Source of the DNA: the human T2T-CHM13v2.0 reference genome, Homo sapiens
Length of the DNA stretch: 64,000 nucleotides
Strand: one strand, 5' to 3'
NCBI RefSeq assembly: GCF_009914755.1
Contig: NC_060930.1
Below the pieces are notes generated by a model. The model searched no databases. It worked only from the letters and a program-made list of their open reading frames with translations, and had not been told where the DNA came from. Positions within the stretch are counted from its first letter, which is position 1. Each line of letters starts with the position of its first letter. Both the position numbers and the translations under genes were made by a program. Below, in pieces: positions 1 through 20,111 of the stretch.

Positions 1-65
1 ATGAAAGGAACAAACTGTAAAATGAACACCTGTGTAACCTTTGCACAAGTTAAGAAATAGAACAT

Positions 66-209
66 GGCTAGGCATGGTGGCTCATGCTTGTAATCCCAGC
101 ACTTTGGGAGCCCAAGGCAAGAGGATCGCTTGAGCCCAGGAGTTCAGGACCAGCCTGGGGAACACAGTGAGACCCAGCCTCAAAATAAATAAATAAAGAA
201 AAGAAAAAA
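66..209 (+). mobile_element. Alu monomer (FLAM-like)
   Basis: ggctaggcatggtggctcatgcttgtaatcccagc...gagacc followed by an A-rich tail; single arm. Confidence 0.85.
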
Positions 210-1140
210 CATAGACCATTACCAGCGCCTTAAAATGTCCTTGCGTTTCTCTTCCCAGTTTTAAACAGCTTTTCTTCCCCCTAGTGGTAACTATTATCTT
301 GATAATTATGCTTTTCAATTCCATGTTTTTCTTTCTAGTTTTACCCTGTCTCCTACATTTTCTTTTAGAAATGTTACCATTTTATTTTTAACATTTAGGT
401 GTTTAATCCATCTGGAATTGTGCGTGTGTGTATGATGGGAGGCAGAAATCTAATTTTGTGTTTTTCATGTACCTGTAGTTAGCCAATTGTCTCGATTTAA
501 GATTCTCTGTTAAATTGTTTAATAGTCCATTTTCTTCTAACATATTTGTAATATAACCTCTGTCATATATAAAGTTGTTAGACCCTTTTGTTTGTCTCAC
601 TGGTGTATTTATTTATTTTTTATACTATGCTGTACTGCTTTAATTCTGTAGCGTTTTACTAAACCAACATTTGGCATGCCAAGTCTTTTCTCTGTTTTTC
701 CTCAAAATTACATTGACTGTTTCAGGCTAATTGTTTTTCAAAATTAATTTTAAGACTAATTTTTAAAGTATCATGAAAAACCCTATTGAGATTTTGATTA
801 GAATTTCATTGAATGTGTACATGAATTTAGAGAAAACTGCCATCTTTGTATAATTGAATTTTCCATCCATGAACATGATATACCTCCCCATTTAGGTAGG
901 TTTTCTGTGTGTGTAAAATAAGTTTTAAAATTCTCTCCAAAAAGGTTTTGCATATCTTTCATTAGATTAATTTCTAGTTATCTTATCACTGTTTTTCTTT
1001 GCTGTTGTAAATTGTATCTTTTTGGAAATTAAATTTTCAGATTGCAAGATAGCTTGTAAAGAAGTGATACTAATTTTTATGTATAGATCTAGCAACTTTA
1101 CTGAATTGCTCACGTTTATTAATTGTAAAAAGTTTGTCTT
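210..1140 (-). mobile_element. Old L1 (L1M/L1ME-type) fragments
   Basis: antisense ORF2 3' phrases (ttaatccatctggaatt, attttgattagaatttcattgaat, ccatccatgaacatgatata). Confidence 0.7.
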
Positions 1141-1143
1141 TAG

Positions 1144-1452
<309 letters not shown>

Positions 1453-1662
1453 CCTTAGATATGCTAGTTTAAAAATGTAGCAAACTATATCATCTGTGAT
1501 TATGCCATTTTTGGTTTTTTATTTCCAATTCTTAATGCCTTCTGTTTCTTTAGTTACCTTGTTCTGGGATATCTATTACCAGGTGGAATAGAAGTGGGTG
1601 GTGATTGTGGCAAACTTATCATGTCCTTGGTTTTAAAGTGATATTTTCTAAAATGTCACCTT

Positions 1663-1970
1663 TGGCCAGGTATGGTTACTCATGCCTGTAATCCCAACAC
1701 TTTGGGAAACTGAGGCAGGAGGATCGCTTCAGCCCAGGAGTTTGAGACCAGCTGGGCAACATAGTGACATGCTATCTCTACAAAAAATTAAGAATTAGCT
1801 GTCTGTGGTAGCACTTGCCCGTAGTCCTAGCTACTCAGTAGGATGAGGCGGGAGGATTGCTTCAGCCCAGGAGGTTAAGGCTGCAGTGCACTGTGATTGT
1901 GCCACTGCACTCTAGCGTAGGCAGCAGAGCGAGACCCTGCCTCAAAACAACAAACATACAAACAAAAAAA
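1663..1970 (+). mobile_element. AluJ
   Basis: ggccaggtatgg...ggaggatcgcttcagcccagg...A/C-rich tail. Confidence 0.9.
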
Positions 1971-2250
1971 CCCCAAAACCAAAAAACTACCTCCCCCCCG
2001 ACCAAAAAAAAAACCCAAAATAAATAAGAGAAACTGTCACCTTTAAATATTATGTTTGCTGGAGAATTTTAGTAGATAGTATCTATCATATTGAAGACAT
2101 TCTCCTCTAGTCTTCATTTACTGAGAGTTTTTAAACATTATTTGGTATTGAACATTATTTATACTTTCAGCTGCCTTCAAAAAGATGCAATCAGATTTTA
2201 ACAAAGAAGAATGTAACATTTCTATATTTTATAAATTTTTTTGACTGCAG

Positions 2251-2427
2251 GTACTTATTGAGAGTGAGCAGATGAGAAAAGAAGCTGGTGATTCAGGTCC
2301 ACTCACTGAATTGGAACACTGGAAACGCATGTCAGCCAAGTTCAACTATATCATTGAGCAGATTAAAGGGCCAAGTTGTAAGGCTGTCATAAATGTGCTA
2401 AATGTTGCACACTCCAAACTGCTAAAG
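2251..2427 (+). CDS. DNAH8: Axonemal dynein heavy chain exon A (177 nt, phase 0-0)
   Basis: ttgactgcag|GTA...AAG|gtaaaa; encodes [59 protein letters not shown], a DHC N-terminal tail ELEHWK motif. Similar to but distinct from DNAH5 as recalled. Confidence 0.93.
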
Positions 2428-2760
2428 GTAAAAGGCTTTTTATTTAAAGTTTGGTATACTTCAGAACAAGCAACTAGAAAATTATCCTATTGAACTACTT
2501 CTTAGTATAATATACTGGAATCGTGTTTAGAAGTGTTAGCCTTTGAGTAAGGCTTTTACATATATCACAGTTATTTCCAGAAGAGGAAATGAAGATTTAT
2601 TTCTCAGGATTTCGCAGACCAATTTTGACCATACTACTATGGGGTGATTTTTAGGAAAGTGATCATCTTTTATTTTTAAATTGTTTTTGAAATTGTAAAT
2701 CAATGAAGAAATCAATATAGGCTTACTGAGGTAAACAACTGCATATAGAGTCAAAAGTAA

Positions 2761-3140
<380 letters not shown>

Positions 3141-3436
3141 TTCTTTTTCTTTCTTTCTTTAAATGTATTTCTTTCTTTGCACAGAAAAATAAACTAATAC
3201 TTTTTTGGTAGAAGATTTAAGCAGTACGAATAAAACAAGTCTCTCTTAATCACATACCCTTAGCCCCACCACCCACAACTCTGTGTCCTGAATAGTAAGC
3301 ACAGAAAGACAACTGCACTTTTCTATTTTACTTTTTTCCTCAACATCTTCTGTGGTATGTATGTGTGAGTTTACTATGCACAAATGACATAGTTTAGTTT
3401 TGTGTTTCTAACTTTTAAATTAAATAAATGTCATAG

Positions 3437-3848
<412 letters not shown>

Positions 3849-3914
3849 AAAATGTTAATGTAGCATATTAGGTTTTATCTGATCATTTCCCTGTTTGTGG
3901 ACCAATTTTCCCCT

Positions 3915-4490
3915 TTCTTTTTTTGCAAGTCTGAGTTATAATTCACATACTATTTATTTTATCCATTTAAAGTGAACAATTCAGATATTTTTAGTGTATT
4001 CATAGTTGCACAAATATCACCACGATCCAATTTTGGAACATTTTCATCACCTCAAAGAGAAACTCTATATCCTTCAGCTCTCACCTTCCCATTTCCAACA
4101 TTCCCCCTTCCCCCCAGCCCTCTGTCTAGATTTGCCTATTCTGGACATTTTATATAAATGGAATCATAGATTCTTTGCCTTTCGTTACTGGTTTCTTTCA
4201 CTTAGCATAATGTTTTCAAGTTTCGTCCATGTTGTAGCCTGTATCAGTATGTCATTCCTTTTTATGGCTGAATCATATTCTGTTGTATGAATATACCACA
4301 TTTTGTTGATCAGTTTATGGACATTTGGGTTGTCCCTGTTTTTTTGGCAATTATGCATAACGCTGCTATGAACATTCATGTACTGTACAACTTTTTGTGT
4401 TGATATATATTGTCATTTGTCTTGGTTATTATACCTGGGGTGGAATTTCTGGGTCACATGTTAACTCTATGCTTAACTTTTTAAGGAAAA
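3915..4490 (-). mobile_element. L1MB-type 3' end
   Basis: ccatttaaagtgaacaattc...tgcctattctggacattttatataaatggaatc...gctgctatgaacattcatgtac. Confidence 0.8.
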
Positions 4491-4630
4491 TGGTTCCTTT
4501 TCTATGTGTTTATAAATATTGCTGCAGTTGAAGCTTTTATATGTCCATATGCAAATATTTCCTTAGGTTGGACACTCCACAACTTTTCAGTACTAATTAT
4601 CAGTTAAGTTATTATTATTATTATTTTTTT

Positions 4631-4949
4631 GCCAGGCATGGTGGCCTACATCTGTAGTGTGAGCTACTTGGGAGGCTGAGGCAAGAGGATTGCTTGAACT
4701 CAAGAATTTTGAGCTGTAGTGCACTATGTTGATTGGCTGTCCACATTATGTTTGGCATCAATATAGTAGTGATGTCCCAGGAGTGGGGTGATGAGGGTGC
4801 CTAAGGAGGGGTGAACTGATCAGGGTCAGAAACAGAGCAGATCAAAACTCTTGTGCTGATCAATAGTGGGATCATGCCTATGCATAGCCACTGCACTCCA
4901 GGCTGGGCAATGTAGCGAGACCCTATCTCATTAAAAAAACTAAAAAAAA
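4631..4949 (+). pseudogene. 7SL (SRP) RNA processed pseudogene (RN7SL-P type)
   Basis: Alu-domain ends plus the S domain absent from Alus: gtagtgcactatg...ggcatcaatat...gcctaaggaggggtgaactg...aaacagagcagatcaaaactc...gatcaatagtgggatc; A-rich tail. Confidence 0.93.
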
Positions 4950-5137
4950 ATTTTTGGGGGGCCAACCTGACATATGGAGAATGGCTTGTTTTATTTTGTT
5001 CTTTCCTTGTTAGTAGTGAAGTTGTTCAGTTTTTGCTGCTTACTGGCTATTCATATTTCTTTTGTGAATTTTCTTTTTGTATCTTTCCCTTATTTAGAAA
5101 AATTCAGACATTGTTTTGTACTGATTTATAGGAGTTC

Positions 5138-5442
5138 TTTATTTTTTATTTTTTTTGAGACAGGCTTCTCTTCGTCACTTAGGCTGGAGTGCAGTGGCAC
5201 TATCATGATTCACTGCACGCTCGACCTCCCGGGCTCAAGTGATCCTCCTGCCTCAGCCTCCTGAGTAGCTGAGACTACAGGCATGTGCCAATGTGCCTAA
5301 CTAATTTTTAAACAATTTTTTTTATAGAGATAGGATCTCACTGTGTTGCCCAGGCTGGTCTCAAACTCCTGGGCTCAAGGAATCCTCCTGCCTCACACTC
5401 CCAAAGTGTTGGGATTACAGACGTGAGCCACTGTGCCTGGCC
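5138..5442 (-). mobile_element. AluJ
   Basis: antisense dimeric Alu. Confidence 0.9.
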
Positions 5443-5488
5443 ACTTGGAGTCCTTTATATAATATGGATATTAATCACTCGTTATATT

Positions 5489-5936
5489 TGTTGGATGAAG
5501 TAATTCACTATGACTCCTGGGCATCTCTGCACATTTTCACTATATATGAAAAGAATGCAAGGCCCATACTGCTCTTTATCTGAACATCTCTCAGAGTTGT
5601 GTTTGCAGTGAGCAACCTTGAGGGGTCAGTTCACGTGTCCCCCAGACAAAGAGCAGAATTACTTACCGCTTACTGTAAAAAGGATAAATTCCCCTAAACT
5701 CGGTATTCCTCACCTGTAACACAACCTACTGCAGGTGCAAGCATCAGTGTGTGGATATTTAGGGTCATGGGGGAACAAATGCAACTTAATGCTCATGCCA
5801 TTTGCTGTGATGTAATAAAATCCTTGTCTCTGAACCCAAATCTCATGTTTTCTCCCTTCATCCATAAAACAATAAAAGGCTAATGCATTAACTTCTAAGC
5901 AGGGTAAAATCCCAGACCCCCATATGCACTTTGACA
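5489..5936 (+). mobile_element. Solo LTR (MER68/76/77-like ERVL)
   Basis: TG...CA ends, aataaaatccttgtctctgaaccc, terminal cagggtaaaatcccagaccc...ttgaca; family from memory. Confidence 0.65.
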
Positions 5937-5974
5937 ATTACAATGCAAACTTTTTCCTAGTCTGTGGCTTGTAT

Positions 5975-7050
5975 TTTTTAAAACTTCAACACTTGAAATC
6001 ATTTTAGACTTATGGAAGAGTCAACCAGGATAGTACAGAGAGTTCCTGCCTGCTCTTCATCTAGCTTCCCCTAATGTTAACATCTTAAAACTATTGTACA
6101 ATGATCAAAATGAAGGGATAACATTAGTACGATACTATTAATGATGCTACACACAATTTATACTTCTCCAGGTTTTCCACTTATGTATTTTTATCTGTTC
6201 TGGGATCCAATCCAGGATCCTATTTACATTTGACTGTCATGTCTCTTTAGCCTCCTCCAATGGAACAGTTCCTTAGTCTGTAGTTATACTTCATGAGCTT
6301 GATACTTTTGAATAGTAATGGTCAGTTATTTAGGAGAATGTCTCTCAATTTGGGTTTGTCTGATGGTTTCTCGTGAATACATTGAGGTTATGCATCTTTG
6401 GTAAGAATGCCAGAGTTGATGTGCTCTTCCCAGTACGACTTACCAGGCGGTACATTATATTGATGTGCCTTATTACTGTTTTAAAATTGATCATTTAGTT
6501 AGGGTGGAATTTGCCAGGTCTCTGTACTGTACACGTATCGTATTTTGTGGAAAATAACCTTAAACTACATGAATAGCTTTCATAGGTGGGTCTTGACTGC
6601 GGCCGTCATTACTGTGTTATGCCAATGGTGGTTTTCTAGTTCCCTCATTCCTTCCACGTTTATTAATCAGAATTCTTATGTAAGAAAATGTTGTCTCTTC
6701 TCTCACTGTAGTTATGTATTTGATCGTTTATTTTCATTAATATAGCCTCATGGGTATTTATTTCATGCTTTTGGTTATAATCGAATACTATCATTATTTA
6801 GTTTGTTGCTCAAATTGTTTCCTCTTTGGCCATCGGGAAATCTTTCAGGTTGGCTTGTGTGTTTCCTTCTGATTCCCTTACTCTGTTTGGACCACTTCTT
6901 TACTCTCTAACACTAGATAAATGCTTAAGGCTCATTTTGTATTTGTTCTGCCCTAGTCCTGGGATCAGCACTTCTCCAAGGATCCTGGGTTTATTTTATT
7001 GGAGAGTAGTATTTAGGAACCAAAATCTGGTTGCCAGATGTGCTTATTTG
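5975..7050 (-). mobile_element. L1MC-type 3' end
   Basis: gatagtacagagagttcc...cccctaatgttaacatctt...tccaggatcc...gaatgtctctcaatttgggtttgtctgatg. Confidence 0.75.
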
Positions 7051-7178
7051 TTGCTTGTATTTTAATTTTTTTTTAAAATGGAATCATTTATAATGAATTT
7101 TTTTATATTTAGATGAATTAATTTTTTCAGCCTTTTATTGCTTTTGTCTTTCATGTATTGTTTAAAAATACCTTCTTA

Positions 7179-7555
<377 letters not shown>

Positions 7556-7619
7556 TTATTTCTTTATACTTTATTCTTCAGTTAACTTGGAATTTATTTG
7601 TGTGAATCATGTAAGATTT

Positions 7620-8228
<609 letters not shown>

Positions 8229-9145
8229 CTGTTTGTCATTTTCTTGTAATCATCATAACTTTTGTACATCTACTCTTTGTTCTTCTTTTCCAGATTTGTC
8301 TTAACAATTCCTATGTTTTCATCCTTTGGTACACATTTTGAAATAAGTTTATACAGTTTTTTTCTCCAAAATACCAAATTTTGAGACTTAGTTTTATATA
8401 TTTTTGAAATGTATGTAAATGGAGTCATATCATATATTCTGCAACCAACTTTTACTCAACATTATTTGTGAGAATTCATCATGTTAATGTGTGCATTATT
8501 ATTCATTTGCTACCTTTGTTTTTATTGCTGTATCATATTCTGTTGCATGAATGCACCACAATTTATTTATCTATTATCCCAGAATCGACATTTGGATTGT
8601 TTCTAGTTTGGGGTTATTGCAAGCAATGATTCAAAGGACATTCTTATTCATGTCTCCTGGTGCACATGTGTGAGAATTTCTCTAAGGCATATTCCTAGGA
8701 GAAAATTTATGAATTTGTGGATCAAAGGCATATACAATTTAAGCTCTTGGAGAGAGGTCTCTAATGATCTGCCATAGTGACCTTCAGACATTTTGTATTA
8801 AAAATATTAATCTCTAGTCTTTAGAAAGGATACAAAGCAAATGTGGTAGCAAATCTATGAATGACATTGAGGAGGGAGGGAAAGAAATATATTGGATGAC
8901 AATGTAAAGATCCAAGAAGGTCTTCAGTGGTAAGAGTGGGGGTGCCATACTGATATCCCAACCTCTTTGTTGGATGGGTTTGTTGACAAACTGTTTGGCT
9001 CCCATTGTTTTTCAAAATGGTTTTGTTCAGAGCATATTATTTCTGTTTTTGCTGAGTAGACCTCTCCATTTCATGCTCTCTTCATCTCTGACCAATTCTC
9101 AAGCAGGCACTTGATTTTATCATCCCTAGTATGTAAGAGTGGTCA

Positions 9146-10320
<1,175 letters not shown>

Positions 10321-10379
10321 AAACTGTTGATTTCAGATTGACTTCACTTTGCTAGTAAGGTTTTGTTTTGAATAATGTT

Positions 10380-10684
10380 CTTTTTTATTTTTTATTTTTT
10401 TTGAGACAAAGTCTCACTCTGTTGTCCAGGCTGGAGTGCAGTGGTGCGATCTCTGGCTCACTGCAAGCTCCGCCTCCCGGGTTCATGCCATTCTCCTGCC
10501 TCAGCCTCCTGAGTAGCTGGGCCTACAGGCGCCCGCCGCCACGCCCAGCTAATTTTTTGTACTTTTAGTAGAGACGGGGTTTCACCGTGTTAGCTAGGAT
10601 GGTCTCGATCTCCTGACCTTGTGATCCGCCCACCTTGGCTTCCCAAAGTGCTGGGATTACAGGCGTAAGCCACCACGCCCTGCC
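10380..10684 (-). mobile_element. AluY
   Basis: gcaagctccgcc, ccgtgttagc, CpG-rich; TSD ataatgttct. Confidence 0.92.
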
Positions 10685-11028
10685 ATAATGTTCTGTTTTA
10701 ATAACTTGACCCATTCTTGAAGACCCAGAGTAATATAATGTCACAAATAATTAACCTGGAAAAGTCATTCCTGTTAGAAGCAGGTCCAGTTCAAGCCTAC
10801 AGACAGGATTTTAATTATAAACAGAATGAGTCTTCAGTTTTAGTAATTCATTTAAGGTGCTTGTTGTAACTTTGTCTCAAGTATTATAAGAAAAACATAT
10901 ATTAATCACACTTAAATATCTACCATTTTAGTATATGTATGATTAGGGAAGACTGAATTTCCTGAGTAAACTTTAGCACACTGATATATTTGGATGTTTC
11001 ATAGAATTCTTATACCTTTTTTTCTTAG

Positions 11029-11142
11029 AATTGGCGTGATTTGGATGCAAGAATCACTGATACAGCAAATGAATCCAAAGATAATGTCAGATATTTGTAT
11101 ACTTTGGAAAAAGTGTGTCAACCTCTCTATAACCATGACCTA
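11029..11142 (+). CDS. DNAH8: Dynein heavy chain exon B (114 nt, 0-0)
   Basis: tttcttag|AAT...CTA|gtaagt; [38 protein letters not shown] contains the conserved E-[AS]-K-D-N-V-x-Y-L motif; in frame with exon A. Confidence 0.95.
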
Positions 11143-11174
11143 GTAAGTATGCTTTTAAAGTACAATTTTAAACT

Positions 11175-11333
<159 letters not shown>

Positions 11334-11544
11334 AGTACAATTTAAGAAACTGACTTGTATAATTAATGCATTAAAAATCTTTAATATGTGTATATTGGGG
11401 AAAAACATCCTGCCAAAAGTTATTTAAAATATACATTTTCCTCTTATGTGTTTATGAAGGATGATAAACTATATTTAATATTTTAACCCATATTTAAATA
11501 TATAGTGAATCATTAGTATAGTATGTGCAAGACAAATATTAATA

Positions 11545-12040
11545 TATTACTTACCCTTTGCTGCATAACAAATAACCTCAGAACTGAGTGGCTTAAAAAC
11601 AATGAGCATTCATCATGTCAGAGTTTCTGTGGCTCAGGAATCCAAGCAAGGCATAGCTAAGAGCTTCTGCTTCAAAGTCTCTCATGAGGTTGCCCACAGG
11701 CTAAGTGGGGGAGGCTGACTGGGGAGAGTCTCCTTCTCAGTTCACTCATGTGGTTATTGGCAGGCCCCAGTCCCTAGCCACGTGGGCCGCTCCACCTGGC
11801 AACTTGCTTCCCTTGGAGTGAGTGATCCAAGAGTGAGCAAGAGAATGAGAGAACACCCAAGTTGGAATCTACCTTCTTTTAATAACCTAATCTCTGAAGT
11901 GACAGCCCATCATTTCTGTTGTATTCTATTGGCTAGAAGCAAGTGAATCTGGTTCACTCTGGGTGGGTAGGGGAGTATACAAGGGTGTGAGTACTATGTG
12001 GGTGAGCATTACTGGGGCCATCTTTGGGGCTGCCTATCAA
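11545..12040 (-). mobile_element. MLT1 (MaLR) LTR
   Basis: ttgctgcataacaaataacc...gtggcttaaaaacaa...ggggccatctttggggctgcctatca. Confidence 0.75.
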
Positions 12041-12630
12041 GGTAGATATTTCCCCATTTACAGATTAGGAAACCAAAACTCATCATGGTGTAGTGACTTT
12101 GCCAGCATCACTCAGCTAATCAGGGATGCAGGACAGAACCCATCTTCTAATTTCTAGCCTACTCTTCTCATAATATTTCCATAGAGATCCTTTAAAGAAC
12201 ATGTTAGCACTACCATTTGCTTTTATTTTTTAGAAGTTTATATTAACTTCAAATTTATAATCTGGTATTTCATAATATTTCATATAAAATATGAAAATTA
12301 AAAAAATCTCTATCCTTTATTTAATAGAAGGAGAAGTCAAGGAAGCTAGTAGTTATTGAGAACTTAGAGCAGGATTTCCCCATTTTTCCTGGATATTACT
12401 TCTTTTGTAAATCATTTGTAGGCAGGAGGGCTGCCCAGACAGCTGCATTTTTAAAGATGTTCCCAGGCTTGAGAATCCTTGAACTTTTGTTATAGGCATT
12501 GTGCTACATGCTTTAAATATGTTTTCATTCTCTATGCACAATGACCCTCATTTCAAAGATTAGGAAACCGAGTTTGAACATTTCTATGATGATCCATGAT
12601 GGGACCAAATTGGAATCTAGCTATCTCTAG

Positions 12631-13013
<383 letters not shown>

Positions 13014-13489
13014 ACACTTTCAAATTAATTTAATTTGTGTCTGATATCTGTGTCAGTATTCTTCACTCTAATTTTTTAAGAAGTAGTCAAATCTTCCATA
13101 TAGGTGGCAGCACTGGCCACATGGTTTTGTTGACCAACCTTCTTGGGTCAATGTAGGTTTCATCCCAGAGGCAGGGAGAAGGAAAGAGGTTATGGCCTAT
13201 ATCACTTAGACTTGGAGAAGAAGGAGGTGTAAAGGCAGTTTATAATCTTTCCAAGAGAGTGTTAGTAGTCAAGAAGTTTAATATGAAAGGGGAGGGAAAA
13301 ATGTCAGTTGAGAGTCTTGGACAAGTGCATTTCTTACTGCCATGAGGAATCCATTATCCATCAGGGAGCACCATGAGAGGGGACAGGAAGACTTTAGAAG
13401 CAGAGTCTTTTAATTGAGTCCATAAAGAGATTGTAGATTTTATTTAAAACTTATTAGTATTATTTGCAAAGAGATGACTTTTTGAAAAA

Positions 13490-13650
13490 TTACAGCTTTA
13501 TTTTAGATTCGGGGGTACATGTGCAGGTTTGTTACATGGGTATATGACATGATGCTGAGGTTTGGGGTATGGATGCTGTCACCCAGGTAGTGAGTACAGT
13601 ACACAATAGGAAGTTTTTCAGCTCACACCTCTCTCCCTTCCTCCCCACCA
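13490..13650 (-). mobile_element. L1PA (older) 3' UTR fragment
   Basis: ggggtacatgtgcaggtttgttacatgggtat...gatgctgaggtttgggg. Confidence 0.8.
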
Positions 13651-15339
13651 AGAATTATGACTTTCTTAAACTTCATTCTTCTCATTTTTACCCCTGCTAC
13701 TAGTAGCTGGACTTGTGTTGTGAACCTTTGTAAAATTTGTTTAATATAAGAACATTTATACTATTTCTTAGGTATTTCTGTGCACGTGACCCCAAGTAAA
13801 GAAAATCAAATTGTATATGGTGTTGGAGAAGTAAGGCCTTTGCTTGGCTTACTTGGCAGCTCAATGACTTAATTCCCCAACTTTACAATGTGAGCAATTA
13901 AAATTTCTGTCCAAGAAAAATTAAAATTATTACATGTCACAAGCATTTCAGATTGCTCACAAGATTTGAAGATGCAAATATGAAATACACATAATACCTA
14001 AAGCCTACTCCAGGGCTACCGCAAGTAGCTCTTGATGTGAAAAAATAATAGATGAAGTGAATATGGCACAACGTTCACGTTTGTCAAATCTAATGATGGG
14101 AGTAGGTGGTCATTATATTTTTCTCTGTACTTTTCTATATATTTAAAGCTTTTTATTATAAAAAGTAAACTTGAAAGAAAGAATACTCTTCATTGCTATC
14201 AAGACTCCAAATTTTAAGGTATACTGATTTCAACTTCTTGATTCAAAAGACTTGTTTTAATTCATATAATTTAAAAATCATTTAGTTCTGATGTTTTTTT
14301 CATCCTAGTAATTTTAAAAAGCTTTGTTCAATTACTCTAACCATGGATGTGCCTTATTATTGTTATTTTGTTGTTGTTGAGCTTTTTATATTCTCTGATG
14401 TAGGAAGGTTTCAAGCATCACCTTTTGAAATGACAGAAGTACTAATAGCATTGAGTCATATAATTGCTTCCCACTCATACACCCACTATATCTGTACTTT
14501 CAACAATTCCTTTTTCCCCCTCATTTTCTTTATTCTGATTAAAAGTAACCAGCAATTGCTGTTTAGTTTATAACTGTCATTTGGGTAGGAAAAGTGCAGG
14601 GGATTCATGCTTCCATTTCTGGTTCATAAGTTTTATGTATGTTTCATTTTTTTAATCACCCTGGTATTGTGCTTTAGGCATATCTTACTATTATATGTTT
14701 GACATATGAGATATCTGAGCACTGTATATAGATGGACAAGAACAGTGCACTCAAGGAGCTACTATTGTAAATAATGATGTTTAAAGTTCAGATGAAGGAC
14801 GTTTTCCTGAAGGACCCATTTGATGCCATCCCTGAGCCCTCTTTATTGGAGTTTAGTGGTACTTTGTAGACATGACTTAGGAAGGGTGGAAGGGACTCTT
14901 TCTAGGCATATTTTTATTAGGATCTTTTTGATCTACAGATACCATATATAATATGAATTCTGGCCTAGAAGGTTAACTATAAAGTAATGGTGTTAATTTC
15001 CATAAGCCACATAAAACTGATTTAATTATTCCATAGTTATACCCCACACCTAGGACATACCATACAGTAATCGGTAGTTGTTTTTCTTGGCTGTATTTCT
15101 TCCATCACCATTAAAAACACATTTTATATATTTTATCTTGTCTTATCAATTAAAAGGAAAGTTCCTTGAAGGGAGGGATGCCATTGGCTTTGTCTGTTCT
15201 CCTGTAGTGATTTGCATCATGGTTAGAAGCAGGGTCTCAAAATCTCCACTATGTAACTTACAGCTGTTGGATCTTAGGCAAGGGACTTAACTTCTCTACC
15301 TCTCTGTTTTCTCATTTGCAAAATGGGAATAATGATAAT

Positions 15340-15795
15340 ACTTTATTTTATAGATTCTAAGACTTTTTTTCACATTTTAATATCCCTGAACTCAGGACAT
15401 ACTTTAGTCAGTTAGGTTTTGTGAATCATTGTGGATGTGACTTGATACTACCTTAAATTATTAGTTCTCTCCTTGAGGGTGTTTTTTTTGTTTTGTTTTG
15501 TTTTTGATTTTGGTGCCATTCGTATGAATTCAGACTGCAGTTGAGTACCTGTGCATACATTCTCAAAGAAGTTTGATTTCTTTCCTCCTCCTGGTAGCAT
15601 GTACATTTTGTTTCTCTCTTTTTCTCCATGGTTGGTTTATTTCATGTTTACCTTAACAGGGAGGACCCACTGGTGGCCTAGTATTATGTAGGAGTTAGAT
15701 TCCTCATCTTGGGTGTCTTTTTTCTTTCTTAATATCACAGAAAATAATGGTGCAATCTTACAATCCGTGATGTTTTATATCTGATGTAATCAAAC
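15340..15795. mobile_element. Tc2/Kanga-MER104-like DNA transposon remnant inside a MIR
   Basis: gattctaagacttttttcacattttaatatc at the left and aataatggtgcaatcttacaatcc at the right; MIR halves flank it. Confidence 0.5.
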
Positions 15796-16524
15796 CTACC
15801 TTCAAGGGTTGTTGTCAGCATATCTTAGAATAATATGCTAACGCTCTTAGCCTAGTGCCTGGAATATAGTAAGCAGTCAGTTTATGTTCAGGATTGTTTT
15901 ATATCCTTGTTGTACTTGTTCTGCTTTGCTCTACCTTGTTCTACTTGTTTTACTTGTTTGTGTTTATCTCTTCTGCTCTGTTGTGAGCTACTCATGAATA
16001 GGTTTGGATTTCTTCCAATATCTTCAGAGCCTAATGGCACTTGGTAGGATTGCTAAAACACGAACTGAGTTGCATAAAAGAAAATGAATGCTAGTCTGAT
16101 TTCTATTTTAGCTGGGCTTATGACCTTAAGAAAGTCACTTTACCCCTCAAGGTATCAGTTTCTTCACCTTTAAAAAGAGCAGAATGAACTATTAACCTTA
16201 AAATGGCTCTCACCTCTAAAATTTAATTTTAGATAAACTTTTAAGTTCAGATTTACAGAAAAGTTGCAATGATAGCACAGAATTCTCTTTACCCAGTTTC
16301 TCCTGTTAACATCCTGTATTACCTTAGTTTGTTTGTCAAAACTAATGTCCTGTTATCTGTTCCAGGGTCTAGTCTAGAATACTGCATTGGATTTAGTAAA
16401 ATTTGACTTTAAGCTAAAAATGCTATACTATTTTGTGTACCTTTAGAGTTTTGAGTATTATAGAATATTGGTTATTAAAACTATATGCATATGATGGAAT
16501 TCACTTAATTTGTTTCAATGTTAG

Positions 16525-16632
16525 GTTTCCATGGCACATGGAATACAAAATTTGATTAATGCCATCAGAATGATTCACGGTGTGTCAAGGTATTATAATA
16601 CCTCAGAGAGAATGACCTCATTGTTTATCAAG
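16525..16632 (+). CDS. DNAH8: Dynein heavy chain exon C (108 nt, 0-0)
   Basis: gttag|GTT...AAG|gtaagt; [36 protein letters not shown] ([10 protein letters not shown] motif). Confidence 0.95.
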
Positions 16633-17076
16633 GTAAGTTTCTGTGGGAGGAAATTACATGTCATCCTGTGAAAAAGTTAGCAAATCTTTCCTTCTGAGCC
16701 CTAGGAAGGGAATTTGGAAGCCTAAGTGCCTCTCAGAGTTTTAATACTTCCAGTGGACAAGAAGAGAAAGGCGTTGACTGGACTCAGTTGTACTTAATTG
16801 AAGGGAGTAATTGGTACTTTTCTGTTTATCAGATGTAAGCCCCAATACTTAAAGAAAATGTGCCTGGTGGTTTTTTAATTTATTCATTTCAAATAGTTTT
16901 GATTCTACCCAAGAGATAGGAGTGTGTCTACTATTAACAGTGCTTCTTTAGCTACTCCCATGAACACTATAGTTTGTGTAAAATTTTCCTGTGTAGCGCC
17001 GCATGGTTAATTATTTAAAATAATTTTTTAAAAATGATTAAACAATATATATTTAAATTTGCTAGCCAATGTCATT

Positions 17077-19537
<2,461 letters not shown>

Positions 19538-19575
19538 TTAAAATAATTTGAGAAATTACTCAAGCAACACATGAG

Positions 19576-19976
<401 letters not shown>

Positions 19977-20111
19977 TTAAGTTTTTTTAAAAAGCAAAGT
20001 ATAGGCTTAATCACTATGTCCTAAATACGACAAGACTCTCAGAATCCTTCCTCTTTACCTGTCTCTCTCATTCTTGCCATATATGTCCCACATTGAGATC
20101 ATTTTTAGTTC

